Positions 9,060 to 18,904 are shown, numbered from the stretch's first letter. The stretch: DNA of 64,000 nt from a virus (IMGVR_UViG_2834917809_000007:21360-85359), one strand, 5' to 3'. A program made the numbers and translations. Notes: a model not told the origin generated them from the sequence alone.

Positions 9060-10376
9060 ATGGCCGCTAATCTTACCGAGACCGCTATACGTGGTTTGAA
9101 GACAAAGGACACTTCGTACTACGTATGGAGCAACAGTGCTCAACGTGGTACGGGCAGACTTGGCGTTAAGGTTCAGCCTTCTGGCAGCAAGGTGTTTTAC
9201 TTCCGCTATTACGTTGATAAAGGAAAGAAAGAGAAATTCATCCAGTTAGGCATCTGGCCTGAGATGAAGCTGGTGACAGCCAACGAGCTGGCGAAAAAGT
9301 ATGGAGCCTGGCTTGTTGAAGGAAAAAATCCTCAGCAAGAGCTTGAGCAACAACGGCTGGCCGAACAACACCTCATGCAGCTCCATCGGTCTCAGGGATC
9401 GTTTGAAGAACTGGTGCATGGCTACGTTAACAAGATGAAGCTCGACAGCAAGCGAACCTGGGCTGATGTACTGAAGCGTCTTGAAAAAGAGTGTTACTCG
9501 ATAATCCCTCGCGAAACTAAAGCGAAGGATGTGACGCCACTGCAGATCAAGACCATCCTCTCAGGTATTATCCAACGTGATGCGGTGGTCCATGCGAACC
9601 GAATTCGTTCATACCTGATGGCGGCATTTAACTACGGTCTGAAAGCCGATAACGATCCGATGAATACCAGCGTGGGTATTACGTTCGGTCTTGAGGTTAA
9701 CCCAGTATCGGCCATACCGAAGCAGTCTTCGGCGGAAAAAGTGGGTGATACATGGTTAACGCTGGAACAGCTTCGTTTTGTCATGGAGCATTTCGCAGAG
9801 GCAACCAACGTTGGTCCGCTGATGCAACATTTAATCCGTTTCTGCGTGTATGCTGGTGGGCAGCGTCCGTTCGAAATGATTGCCAGCCGGTGGAGTGCGA
9901 TTGACTGGCAGCAAAAAACACTGCTGGTTATTGCTGATGTATCGAAAAACAAGCGTGAGCATCTGGTCCCACTTACGGAATCGGCGCTAGCAGAGTTGAC
10001 CTTTGTAAAAGAGTTAATGAAGGAAAGTAGTAGTCCCTATATCTTCCCACTCTCGACAGACGGAGAGCGGCCAGTACGTACTGATAGCCTGGCGCGGTCC
10101 ATCATGTATTTCCGCGCGTTCAATCCGGAGTTTAAGGGTTTCACCGCTCGCGATTTGCGGCGCACCTGTAAGACTTTGATGGGGGAAGCAGGAATCAGCA
10201 AAGAGGTCCGTGACCGTATCCAGAATCATGCTTTGAATGATGTCAGCTCGAAACACTATGATCGCTATGATTATCTGACTGAAAAGCGTAGAGCGCTTGA
10301 GATCTGGGAAGACATGATTAACAACTATCAGCGGCAGCAAGAAAACAACGTTGTGAACCTGTTTGGGCGGAAGTAG
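9060..10376 (+). CDS. int: Tyrosine integrase, P4/IntA family
   Basis: N-terminal arm-binding motif LGVKVQPSGSKVFYFRY; catalytic motifs GQRP, SKNK, RDLRRT, IQNH, HYDRY. Confidence 0.95.
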   Translation: MAANLTETAIRGLKTKDTSYYVWSNSAQRGTGRLGVKVQPSGSKVFYFRYYVDKGKKEKFIQLGIWPEMKLVTANELAKKYGAWLVEGKNPQQELEQQRLAEQHLMQLHRSQGSFEELVHGYVNKMKLDSKRTWADVLKRLEKECYSIIPRETKAKDVTPLQIKTILSGIIQRDAVVHANRIRSYLMAAFNYGLKADNDPMNTSVGITFGLEVNPVSAIPKQSSAEKVGDTWLTLEQLRFVMEHFAEATNVGPLMQHLIRFCVYAGGQRPFEMIASRWSAIDWQQKTLLVIADVSKNKREHLVPLTESALAELTFVKELMKESSSPYIFPLSTDGERPVRTDSLARSIMYFRAFNPEFKGFTARDLRRTCKTLMGEAGISKEVRDRIQNHALNDVSSKHYDRYDYLTEKRRALEIWEDMINNYQRQQENNVVNLFGRK

Positions 10377-10542
10377 CATTTAGCTGCTAGGTAAGAAAGT
10401 GGTGAGGCTGGCGTTCCCAGCGGCATCAAAAAATAGACGATGCCGCCTGAGCTGTCACGTCTAACAAATGGCAGAAAACTGAATGGGGCACCGGCTCTTA
10501 CTTTTTGCGCAGGCACCCCGATTAATATCACGCCAGGTAATA

Positions 10543-11184
10543 CTATTTTTCTGGTAGCACGAACCGAACCTCAATGCGCCGCTGACGTGCATCTTCTGGC
10601 GCAACACCGGGAATAGGCTGTGAGTCACCGTATCCGGCAACAATTACCCGACGTGCAAAAGCCGGAGCAAGATCGCCAACGATAAATTTACGCGCCTCTC
10701 TTGCACGAGCTGCCGATAAGGTAAAATTATCGTCATAGACAGTGCAGAAAACTTCAAAGTTCGTCACTGGACGGGTAACAGGAAGATTATCCGTATACCC
10801 TTCGATATAAACTTGTCCGCTTGTAAATTCGCTCAAAAATCTGACAACCTGTGTTTCAATCGTCGCTAATGCCTGACTTGCCTGAGATGCAATACATGCA
10901 CTGCCACGGTTGAAAACCCCATCGCGCAACGTAATTTTTTGCGAGTTGACATCCAGCGCCACTAAGCCTTCATTCGCTGTCCCATCAAGGGTGTTTTTAA
11001 TACTTCCCAACATCTCACCCACCCTGGCCCGCTGGGTATTGATTCCCTGCTCCATTTCCTGCTTATGCTTAATATCCGACCATGTTTTCTGTAGTACCGA
11101 CATCACCAGCAGCAACATTACTACAGCCATCACTCCTGACATCAAGTCGGAGATCGAGACCCACTCATTAGGTTTATCTTTCAT
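10543..11184 (-). CDS. ZorB/MotB-like protein (single TM plus OmpA-like peptidoglycan-binding domain)
   Basis: WVSISDLM plug-Asp TM motif; EGYTD...NFTLSAARA...GYGDSQP...RRIEV OmpA-C signature. Confidence 0.9.
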   Translation of the reverse strand: MKDKPNEWVSISDLMSGVMAVVMLLLVMSVLQKTWSDIKHKQEMEQGINTQRARVGEMLGSIKNTLDGTANEGLVALDVNSQKITLRDGVFNRGSACIASQASQALATIETQVVRFLSEFTSGQVYIEGYTDNLPVTRPVTNFEVFCTVYDDNFTLSAARAREARKFIVGDLAPAFARRVIVAGYGDSQPIPGVAPEDARQRRIEVRFVLPEK

Positions 11185-11195
11185 AAGTGAGAGCC

Positions 11196-13148
11196 TCAGG
11201 CTGCATCATTAACAATGTTCATTGCCGATAGCGTTTGATCGATATGTTTCAATGTCACAGTAAGTGGTGTCAGGCTTTGTTCAATTTGCTGAACGACCAG
11301 GTTCCGTTCCGGTGATGACAGCGTTGTACGAATCCCCTCCAGCTCTTTCAGAGAACGGTTCAATCTGTCATCGAGCGAAGAAAGTGCGGTTGATGCATCT
11401 GCATTACTCAGCATTTCATTACGCAATGATTCAATACTGTGCACCAGTTTACCAACGCCCGCAGTGATAATGTCCATTTTTGGTTGAAGAGGGCTCTCCT
11501 TCTGCATGAGCTGAAGTTGATTCACTAGCGCTTCAATAGCATCTGCATTTCTTTCGCCTGATGTCGTCATTTCTGCATAACGGTTATTCAGACTAGCAAC
11601 CTGTCGATTGCTGCTGGACACAGCGGTTAGACCGTTAACGATTTGCTCGCGCAGGTCATCCACCAGTCTCGTCATAGCGATAACTTTTTCGTTCAAGGTT
11701 TCACTGGTGATCATAAATTCACGCTGTGCATCACGCTGAGTTTTCATCGATTGATCGATAGAAACTCGTACTTCACTCATTGTCGTGCCAACATTTTTAG
11801 ACAGGTCGGTAACCGCGCTGGAAATGCCGTCCGTAGCGTTTGCCATACTTGCGGAAATCGATTCCATATTCTGGCTAAAACTTTCGCCCATCTGGGAGAT
11901 GGTGGAACCAAGATCGGTTTTAACTGTGCCTAGCATGTCGGTAATGCCCGTACGGAAATCACCAATAACCTGTTGCAAATCACCTGCGGAATCACCCATT
12001 TCTTGTGCCGCCGATGACATTTTTTCGGCTGAATGTTGAATGGCGGACAGGTTGCTACTGTTGGTATCAATAAAGTGTTGTAACGATTCTCGGGTGGTCG
12101 TTAACTCTGCTACCTGTTGTTGCCCTTGCACTGACTGATCTTCGGCTGCCTTAGCAATATCGTTTTGAATTTCATGTAAGAGATCTTGCAGTTTTACCAA
12201 CTGCTTATTTTGGATAATACGCTGTTGTTCAGCGTCATCACCCTGATCAGCAATCTTCATATAGAATGCGGCTATCTCTACATGCTGCGAATGGTTAGCC
12301 TGCCGGGAGTTTTCGCTTTCCTCACGAATATTGCTGCTTAGGTGTTGCAATCCCTCCATCTGTTGCTGTTGAGTGCTGCGGGATATATCAGCCAATTGCA
12401 CCAGATGTGCTTCATGTAACTTGCTCTGCTGAGCAGCGGTTTTACCCTGATCAATCAAAGTTTGTAAAAACGACTCCATACCTGAAGAGAACTTGCTAAG
12501 TAACTGCCGTGTGGCTTCGCTTTCCACCTGCATTCTATCGTTCAAACCCTGTAATGCTGTCAGATACTGCAATTGGGTCTCTTCATGTTCAGCACGCTTT
12601 TGCTCTCGTGACTGGTCGAACACTTGTTTCATCTGCTGTGCGCACCAGCGCAAGCGCTTTTCGTCATATCCTAACCCAGCAGAACAGGCTTTAAGGATCA
12701 GATACGCCATGATCCCCCATGTGGACGTTTTAAATTTCGTCCCCAGCCCTTCCATCATCCCCATCAGATTCGACATGGCGTTATCCATGCCTGCTGAGTT
12801 AGCATCAATCAAAATATCCGATGCTTTATTAAGCGCAATTCCCAGACCGAGAAAGGTGCCTAGCAACCCTAAAATTAACAAAATGCCCGGCATAATGTCG
12901 GCCATTTTTTCTGCTGGACTGGCAACTGCTGCGCTGATTTCGTTGACTGAACCATGTTCAACATCGAGATGGTCTGCCCCATTATTCAGTGCATCACCTT
13001 GCCATTTTTTGTCCCAAAAGCGCTGATTTGCCTGCCAGAGCAATAAACCAATCGTCAGTAGAACCAAAAAAAGCATTGTGCCGCCAAACAGCATCTGTAT
13101 GACGTCGAATTCCGGCAGTATAAAGGCAAAAAACTCGTGAAACGTCAT
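11196..13148 (-). CDS. ZorA/MotA-like protein with about 490-aa helical tail
   Basis: Three hydrophobic segments including PGILLILGLLGTFLGL and GLGTKFKTSTWGI; long Gln/Ser-rich coiled-coil C-terminus. Confidence 0.88.
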   Translation of the reverse strand: MTFHEFFAFILPEFDVIQMLFGGTMLFLVLLTIGLLLWQANQRFWDKKWQGDALNNGADHLDVEHGSVNEISAAVASPAEKMADIMPGILLILGLLGTFLGLGIALNKASDILIDANSAGMDNAMSNLMGMMEGLGTKFKTSTWGIMAYLILKACSAGLGYDEKRLRWCAQQMKQVFDQSREQKRAEHEETQLQYLTALQGLNDRMQVESEATRQLLSKFSSGMESFLQTLIDQGKTAAQQSKLHEAHLVQLADISRSTQQQQMEGLQHLSSNIREESENSRQANHSQHVEIAAFYMKIADQGDDAEQQRIIQNKQLVKLQDLLHEIQNDIAKAAEDQSVQGQQQVAELTTTRESLQHFIDTNSSNLSAIQHSAEKMSSAAQEMGDSAGDLQQVIGDFRTGITDMLGTVKTDLGSTISQMGESFSQNMESISASMANATDGISSAVTDLSKNVGTTMSEVRVSIDQSMKTQRDAQREFMITSETLNEKVIAMTRLVDDLREQIVNGLTAVSSSNRQVASLNNRYAEMTTSGERNADAIEALVNQLQLMQKESPLQPKMDIITAGVGKLVHSIESLRNEMLSNADASTALSSLDDRLNRSLKELEGIRTTLSSPERNLVVQQIEQSLTPLTVTLKHIDQTLSAMNIVNDAA

Positions 13149-14416
13149 GCTGCCACCTCGACAAGCTGGCTTGCACGCGCGCGACTGGCTTTTTCAAAGA
13201 TATTGGCAAAATCGATAATTAAACTTTGTTGCTCGGAATTAAGTTCTTCCCAATGCTTACCAAACTGAGCACACTCAATAATAATCATTCCAACCGCATT
13301 GCTGTCTTCCATCAAATATTCCTGACCTGCAAACGCCTCTGGTTCCTTTTCCAGCATTTGCAGAAACCCTTCAGCGGCAAAAACATAGTTACGCATTTCA
13401 TTGGTGCGTTTGCGTTTTGCTTCCATCTCAGCCTGCTGCACTGGTAAACGAGCTTCTAACTCATTGAGCATTGGTACTTCATCTTCCTGAAGATCACCAA
13501 GGCGCTGGCCAATCTGTAGACGTCGCAGGAGTACTTGCTCTTTGGACAGACCGTCATTCAGCGATTTCCATTCATTTTCCATATCCTGCAGGTTATACCC
13601 CCAGGCCATTATCATTTCTTCGAACACGAAGGGGATGAGTTTCTTACCAAAACGCGCCATCACAACGCGATCCAGGCGTTGCGTTGCGTCATCGCTCAAC
13701 TGAGGGTTGGGCTTTAGCAATTCGTTCCCGGTTTCAATAAGAAACAGGTCGTCATCGGTGATCGTATCAATGTCCTGCGCACGCGTAAGATGTTGCTCAG
13801 TATCTTTTAATAACTTCTGCGACGCGCGTAACCGCAGATAATGTTCGAAATCATTGATCTGAATATTATCCAGAACGTCCTTAATACGCGTTGAGAGTTG
13901 GGCATATAAGGTAATCAGACTCGCCAGGTCAACAGCACTCGCTGCTTCTCCGCGCATCTGATTACGTGCTTCGCGTAGTACTTGCTCATGCTCTTTGGCT
14001 TCATCCATTTCTTCTGGGGTAAGAAACAACTCTTTAAGTTGTTTGGCTTTATTAATTGCCCACTCAATGGCCTTACCAATACGTTTCGCCAGGTCACTCT
14101 TATCCCATTCGACCAGCAGCCCCAACGCTTTATCCAGCGCTTTCAAAGCACCACCCACCCACGGGAATTGTGGCAACATCTTTTCAGCTAATTTTGCTGC
14201 GTTTTGCACAATAGGGCGAATCACATTACTGATAAATGGCTTCACCTTTTCCCAGACGCTCTTTACGCTTCCAACAAAGGTCTCCGCTTTCTCTGCCATC
14301 CAGGAAACAGTTTTAGCTGCTGTTTCTTTAACACCGTCCCATACCCGGCTGACTGTGCTTGTCACTGCACTTGCTACGCTGCTGCAAAAACTGCCGACAC
14401 TTGACCAGAAACCCAT
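13145..14416 (-). CDS. Hypothetical 423-aa all-helical protein with amphipathic N-terminus
   Basis: Stop overlaps the ZorA-like start by 4 nt (ATGA); GGAG RBS; no recognisable catalytic motif. Confidence 0.85.
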   Translation of the reverse strand: MGFWSSVGSFCSSVASAVTSTVSRVWDGVKETAAKTVSWMAEKAETFVGSVKSVWEKVKPFISNVIRPIVQNAAKLAEKMLPQFPWVGGALKALDKALGLLVEWDKSDLAKRIGKAIEWAINKAKQLKELFLTPEEMDEAKEHEQVLREARNQMRGEAASAVDLASLITLYAQLSTRIKDVLDNIQINDFEHYLRLRASQKLLKDTEQHLTRAQDIDTITDDDLFLIETGNELLKPNPQLSDDATQRLDRVVMARFGKKLIPFVFEEMIMAWGYNLQDMENEWKSLNDGLSKEQVLLRRLQIGQRLGDLQEDEVPMLNELEARLPVQQAEMEAKRKRTNEMRNYVFAAEGFLQMLEKEPEAFAGQEYLMEDSNAVGMIIIECAQFGKHWEELNSEQQSLIIDFANIFEKASRARASQLVEVAA

Positions 14417-14434
14417 AATCTTCTCCTGTTGTTT

Positions 14435-15382
14435 TTATTGGATACCTAATAATTTTTTTGCTGTGTTGACTTCACTGGCTGTACGTCCCGAATGATTGGC
14501 TACTGCTTGATGGGAGGCTAATACCTGTTCTATCGCACTCCGTAAGTGAGCGACGTTAAGTTGTGCAGCCTCTCCGGTGCGTTCCGCTTCTAGCAGCACT
14601 TTAGGCAGTGCCAGACGCATACAGGTACGGATCTCTCGTCCTGCCAGCCCTTCGGATAGTTCGCTTGCGGCGGTGAGAAGACTTTCTCTTTCTTCTGCGA
14701 GCGGTATTTCAGGGACCAGAAATTTGTTCCAGAGTTGGTAGCGTGCAGTCAGGTCAGGAAGCGTAAATTCAACGTGATAGCCAATGCGGCTGCGGAACGC
14801 CTCATCATAGTTACGTGCGAAATTAGTCGCGAAAACCACAATGCCGTCAAAACGCTCCAACTCGATCAGTAACGTAGAGCGCATCGCATTAACTTCATTA
14901 TCAACGCCTTGTGTGACAGAGGAGAGTCGTTTCCCCAGTAACGTGTCAGCTTCATCGAAAAAGAGCAGTGCTCCGGTATCCTTAGCCTGCGCGAAAGCAG
15001 CCTGGATATTTTTTGCCGTTTCTCCCATAAACTTGCTTTCTAGTTCTGCAATACCAAGAGCAATAAAGGGCATCCGTAACTGTCCAGCCAGTGCCTCGGC
15101 GCAAAGCGTTTTCCCGGTGCCGGGGGGGCCATAAAAATTCAATATCGCTGTCGATCCCATAGGGTCAACAACTGAAAAATTCCATTCCTGATAGATAGTT
15201 TTATGAAAACGCAGACGAGCCATACATTCATCAAGAGATGATCGGGTGCTCTTGGACAAAATGACATCGTTATCGAGAGTAAATCTTGGATCTTTCAGTA
15301 TATTTTTTTTTCCATCCTCGTCGCCATCTGACTGAGATAACGACGGTCTTATCGGTGCCGAACCATTACTGTGTGTTGACAT
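14435..15382 (-). CDS. Single-ring classic-clade AAA ATPase
   Basis: Walker A GPPGTGKT, pore loop SKFMGE, Walker B LLFFDEAD, sensor-1 ATN, FRSRI Arg finger; start taken at ATG 15382 (alternative 15397). Confidence 0.92.
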   Translation of the reverse strand: MSTHSNGSAPIRPSLSQSDGDEDGKKNILKDPRFTLDNDVILSKSTRSSLDECMARLRFHKTIYQEWNFSVVDPMGSTAILNFYGPPGTGKTLCAEALAGQLRMPFIALGIAELESKFMGETAKNIQAAFAQAKDTGALLFFDEADTLLGKRLSSVTQGVDNEVNAMRSTLLIELERFDGIVVFATNFARNYDEAFRSRIGYHVEFTLPDLTARYQLWNKFLVPEIPLAEERESLLTAASELSEGLAGREIRTCMRLALPKVLLEAERTGEAAQLNVAHLRSAIEQVLASHQAVANHSGRTASEVNTAKKLLGIQ

Positions 15383-15448
15383 AAAATCGTCATCCATATG
15401 GAGATATAAAATATCCGTTACAACCAGGGATAGTTTATCTCTGAAAAA

Positions 15449-15472
15449 ATTATCATATTGATAATCATTTAA
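15449..15472. promoter_or_regulatory. Palindromic operator, Fur-box-like, upstream of the ATPase-ZorAB operon
   Basis: Perfect ATTATCA-tat-TGATAAT inverted repeat; 15454-15472 matches GATAATGATAATCATTATC at 14/19; overlaps a minus-strand TATGAT -10. Confidence 0.4.
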
Positions 15473-15910
15473 AATATTCCTTTACGTGTTATCGGCCAGC
15501 GGGTTGGTCACTTGAGTAAAAATTTAAGAAAATGTAAAACTGCAGCGCTTAGACCAGTACGGCCTGCTAAGTTACGCTGGGAACGATAAGTTGGACGTAA
15601 AGACCAGACCTAGCAGCGCTGGTTTTGAGCTCATGAGTGCGTGGTAGCAGGGCATCATCAATGGCTGGGAGTAATGCCCCTTAGGGAGTCAACAGTTGGG
15701 GGCTGACTAATACAATCGCCCAGATCATTCGCAAAAAAATGCAACCGGTCGCGTCTTTCACATCCGGTGAAACGTGATCACTACGGCTAAAGCCAGTCAC
15801 AGCAAGGGCTGGCAGGTGGGGATCATTTTTTGTATTGGTTTTTCAGTGGGTTTTGATGATCATTTTGGCAAATGATCCGCTTGTTTTCGCTCAGTAATTT
15901 ACTTTCAACC

Positions 15911-16360
15911 CTATGATTTATTGGGCTTAAACATGGTTGCAGTAAGGCGTGACAGTGAGCGTTTATCCACTTTGATCTGCAGTAATTCGTAATCATTTTG
16001 CATTTTCAACCAGTGCTCGGGCGTTCCGCCTAATACATAGCTGAGCCGGACGGCGGTTTCTGCTGTGATCCGCGAGCTGCCGTACACCAGATAATGACAG
16101 GCTGAAAGGCTCATGTTCATCGCTCTGGCGAAAGTGGTCAGTGTGATTTCATTCAGGGCAAGAATTCCTCTGATTCTTTCTGCCGGGACAGGGCTTTGCA
16201 GATTTTCATAGCCTTGCATCCAGCGAGAGCAGGAGCGTAGTGCTCTGCGCTTAGCCTGGCGGGCCCGTTCGTAGGCATAATCAGTTGGCATGAAGAGGGT
16301 TCCATTTACAAGCGTGTTCTGGTGCCCAGCCTGGTCATCAGAAATGAGGTTTTGCGCCAT
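15911..16360 (-). CDS. HigA-family XRE HTH protein (orphan antitoxin-like regulator)
   Basis: ITAETAVRLSYVLGGTPEHWLKMQNDYEL matches the HigA C-terminal pattern; true start may be internal (about 16291). Confidence 0.7.
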   Translation of the reverse strand: MAQNLISDDQAGHQNTLVNGTLFMPTDYAYERARQAKRRALRSCSRWMQGYENLQSPVPAERIRGILALNEITLTTFARAMNMSLSACHYLVYGSSRITAETAVRLSYVLGGTPEHWLKMQNDYELLQIKVDKRSLSRLTATMFKPNKS

Positions 16361-16543
16361 TCTAACCTATAATCGAGGCGTACAGGGTGTGGGTAAAGCG
16401 CTCATTCAGCCCACCGTTCATTTCTTTGTCCTGTATCGTTTGCGATAGACCTCTTAGCGGGTATTATTTTGCGCACTGCATTCCAAAATTGAATTTTTGC
16501 CTCTGCACATTTGCAGTATGGCTGCGATCTCCCCGAGGGTTTC

Positions 16544-18904
16544 ATGACTAACACTAACTTTTCTCAAACGGCTGCGTTTATCTGGTCGGTGGCTGATTTG
16601 CTGCGCGGTGATTTCAGACAGTCTCAGTACGGGCGCGTGATCCTGCCCTTTACGCTGCTGCGTCGTCTTGAGTGCGTGTTGGCGGAGACCAAAGATGCGG
16701 TGGTGGCGAAATACGATGAATTAAAAACCAGCCCGCTGCCGGAAGATGCGAAAGAGAAGTTTCTGCTTCGCGCCAGCACATTTTCCTTCTTCAATACCTC
16801 GAAGATGGATCTGGGCAAGATGGGGCAGAACGACATCAAAGCCAACCTGGAAAGCTACGTACAGGCGTTTTCCCCGGACGCGCGTGAAATCTTCGAGCAC
16901 TTCAAATTCAGCGAGTTTGTCGGCCTGCTGGAAGATGCCAACCTGCTGTTCAAAGTGGTGAAGAAATTCGCCACCACCGATTTAAGCCCAAAAGCGATTT
17001 CCAACCATGATATGGGCCTGGTGTTTGAAGAGCTTATCCGTCGTTTTGCGGAAAGCTCCAACGATACTGCCGGTGAACACTTCACCCCACGTGATATCGT
17101 GCGCCTGACCACCTCGCTGGTGTTTATGGAAGATGATGAAGCCCTGACGCAGGACGGTATCATCCGCACCATTTATGATCCAACTGCCGGGACCGGCGGC
17201 TTCCTCTCTTCGGGCATGGAATATGTGCACGAGCTGAACCCTAACGCGGTCATGCGTGCCTTTGGCCAGGAGCTGAACCCGGAATCCTACGCTATCTGTA
17301 AAGCCGATATGCTGATCAAAGGTCAGGACGTCAGCCGCATTAAGCTGGGTAACACCCTCTCTAACGACCAGCTGCCACAGGACCAGTTCGACTACATGCT
17401 CTCTAACCCGCCGTTTGGCGTGGACTGGAAGAAGATTGAGGGCGAGATTAACGACGAACATACGCAGAAAGGCTTTAACGGTCGCTTTGGCCCGGGCCTG
17501 CCGCGTGTATCCGACGGCTCGCTGCTGTTCCTGATGCACTTGATCAGCAAAATGCGCGACAACCACAATGTGGATGGCAGCGTGAGCAACGGCGGGCGTA
17601 TCGGGATTATCCTTAACGGTTCCCCACTGTTTACCGGTGGCGCTGGTAGCGGTGAGAGCGAAATCCGTCGCTACATTCTGGAAGCCGATTTGCTGGAAGG
17701 CATTGTCGCGCTGCCAACGGACATGTTCTACAACACCGGCATTGCCACCTACGTCTGGATCCTCTCCAACAAGAAAGCGCCTGAGCGTAAAGGCAAAGTA
17801 CAGCTGATTGATGGCACCAATCTGTGTGGAAAAATGCGTAAATCGCTGGGTTCGAAGCGTAACCTGATGGGCGAAGACGATATCAAACTGATCACGCAGA
17901 CCTTCGGTGACTTTGAGGTTGTGGATGCCACAACCCTCGAAGAACTGGGTCTGGAAAAAGCCGCCGAGCAAAAATCCAGCCGTGGCCGTCAGCCTGCAAC
18001 CGCCAAAGCCGAAGCGCCGAAAACCTTCGCCAGTAAAATCTTTAACAGCACTGATTTTGGCTATCGCCGCCTGACCATTGAACGCCCACTGCGTTTATCT
18101 GCTCAAGTGACGGATGAGGCGATTGCGACTCTGCGCTTTGCGCCGAAGCCGTTTAATGTGCCGATGGAACGTCTGTATGAAGAGTTCGCAGCCCAATGGC
18201 AGGCGGGTAACTACGGTGATTTCTCCGAGCTGGATGCCGATGCGCGCGCCATCATTAAAGCTGAATTTGCCGAGCTGAAAGAGAAGCAGATTAAAGATCT
18301 GCTCGACAGCAAACTGTGGCTGGCGCAGCGCGGATTGATGGAAAAGGCACAGCAGATTCAGACGGCTCTGGGTACGCAGACTGGTGGTAAAACGCGGGTA
18401 AGCAATGACTTCAATCAGTTCCAGCTGACCCTGAAAGGGGCCATCAAAACCGCTGGTGTGAAGCTGGATGCGAAAGAGAACAAGCAGTTTATCGATGCCA
18501 TCACCACCAAAAACCCGGATGCCGAACCGGTGGTGAAGAAAGTGCTGAAAGAAGCCGCTCAGCCGCTGTACGGTGCGTTTGAATATAAAGGCAAGGTTGT
18601 TGAGTTTGAGCAGGACGGTGAGCTGCGTGATAACGAAAACGTACCGCTGAACCCAGCAGTCTCCACCAGCGACCTGATTGAAAACTATTTCGAGTCTGAA
18701 GTACTACCGCATGTGAATGACGCGTGGATCAACGCCGATAAGCGCGATGCGAAAGATGGCGAAGTAGGGATTGTCGGTTATGAGATCCCGTTTAACCGCC
18801 ATTTCTATGTCTATCAGCCGCCGCGCCCGCTGGAAGAAATTGATGCAGATCTGGATGCGGTCAGCGCCGAGATTATGAAGCTGCTGCAGGAGGTTCATTC
18901 CTGA
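16544..18904 (+). CDS. hsdM: Type I R-M methyltransferase subunit
   Basis: DPTAGTGGF (motif I) and NPPF (motif IV); [11 protein letters not shown]-terminus; ATG 16544 after GAGG. Confidence 0.97.
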   Translation: MTNTNFSQTAAFIWSVADLLRGDFRQSQYGRVILPFTLLRRLECVLAETKDAVVAKYDELKTSPLPEDAKEKFLLRASTFSFFNTSKMDLGKMGQNDIKANLESYVQAFSPDAREIFEHFKFSEFVGLLEDANLLFKVVKKFATTDLSPKAISNHDMGLVFEELIRRFAESSNDTAGEHFTPRDIVRLTTSLVFMEDDEALTQDGIIRTIYDPTAGTGGFLSSGMEYVHELNPNAVMRAFGQELNPESYAICKADMLIKGQDVSRIKLGNTLSNDQLPQDQFDYMLSNPPFGVDWKKIEGEINDEHTQKGFNGRFGPGLPRVSDGSLLFLMHLISKMRDNHNVDGSVSNGGRIGIILNGSPLFTGGAGSGESEIRRYILEADLLEGIVALPTDMFYNTGIATYVWILSNKKAPERKGKVQLIDGTNLCGKMRKSLGSKRNLMGEDDIKLITQTFGDFEVVDATTLEELGLEKAAEQKSSRGRQPATAKAEAPKTFASKIFNSTDFGYRRLTIERPLRLSAQVTDEAIATLRFAPKPFNVPMERLYEEFAAQWQAGNYGDFSELDADARAIIKAEFAELKEKQIKDLLDSKLWLAQRGLMEKAQQIQTALGTQTGGKTRVSNDFNQFQLTLKGAIKTAGVKLDAKENKQFIDAITTKNPDAEPVVKKVLKEAAQPLYGAFEYKGKVVEFEQDGELRDNENVPLNPAVSTSDLIENYFESEVLPHVNDAWINADKRDAKDGEVGIVGYEIPFNRHFYVYQPPRPLEEIDADLDAVSAEIMKLLQEVHS

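Noticed and set aside
10543-13148. Flagellar MotAB, TolQR or ExbBD
   Set aside because: The A subunit has a 490-aa tail and three-TM layout, the B subunit has an OmpA-like domain unlike ExbD/TolR, there are no flagellar or TonB genes, and the context is a mobile island
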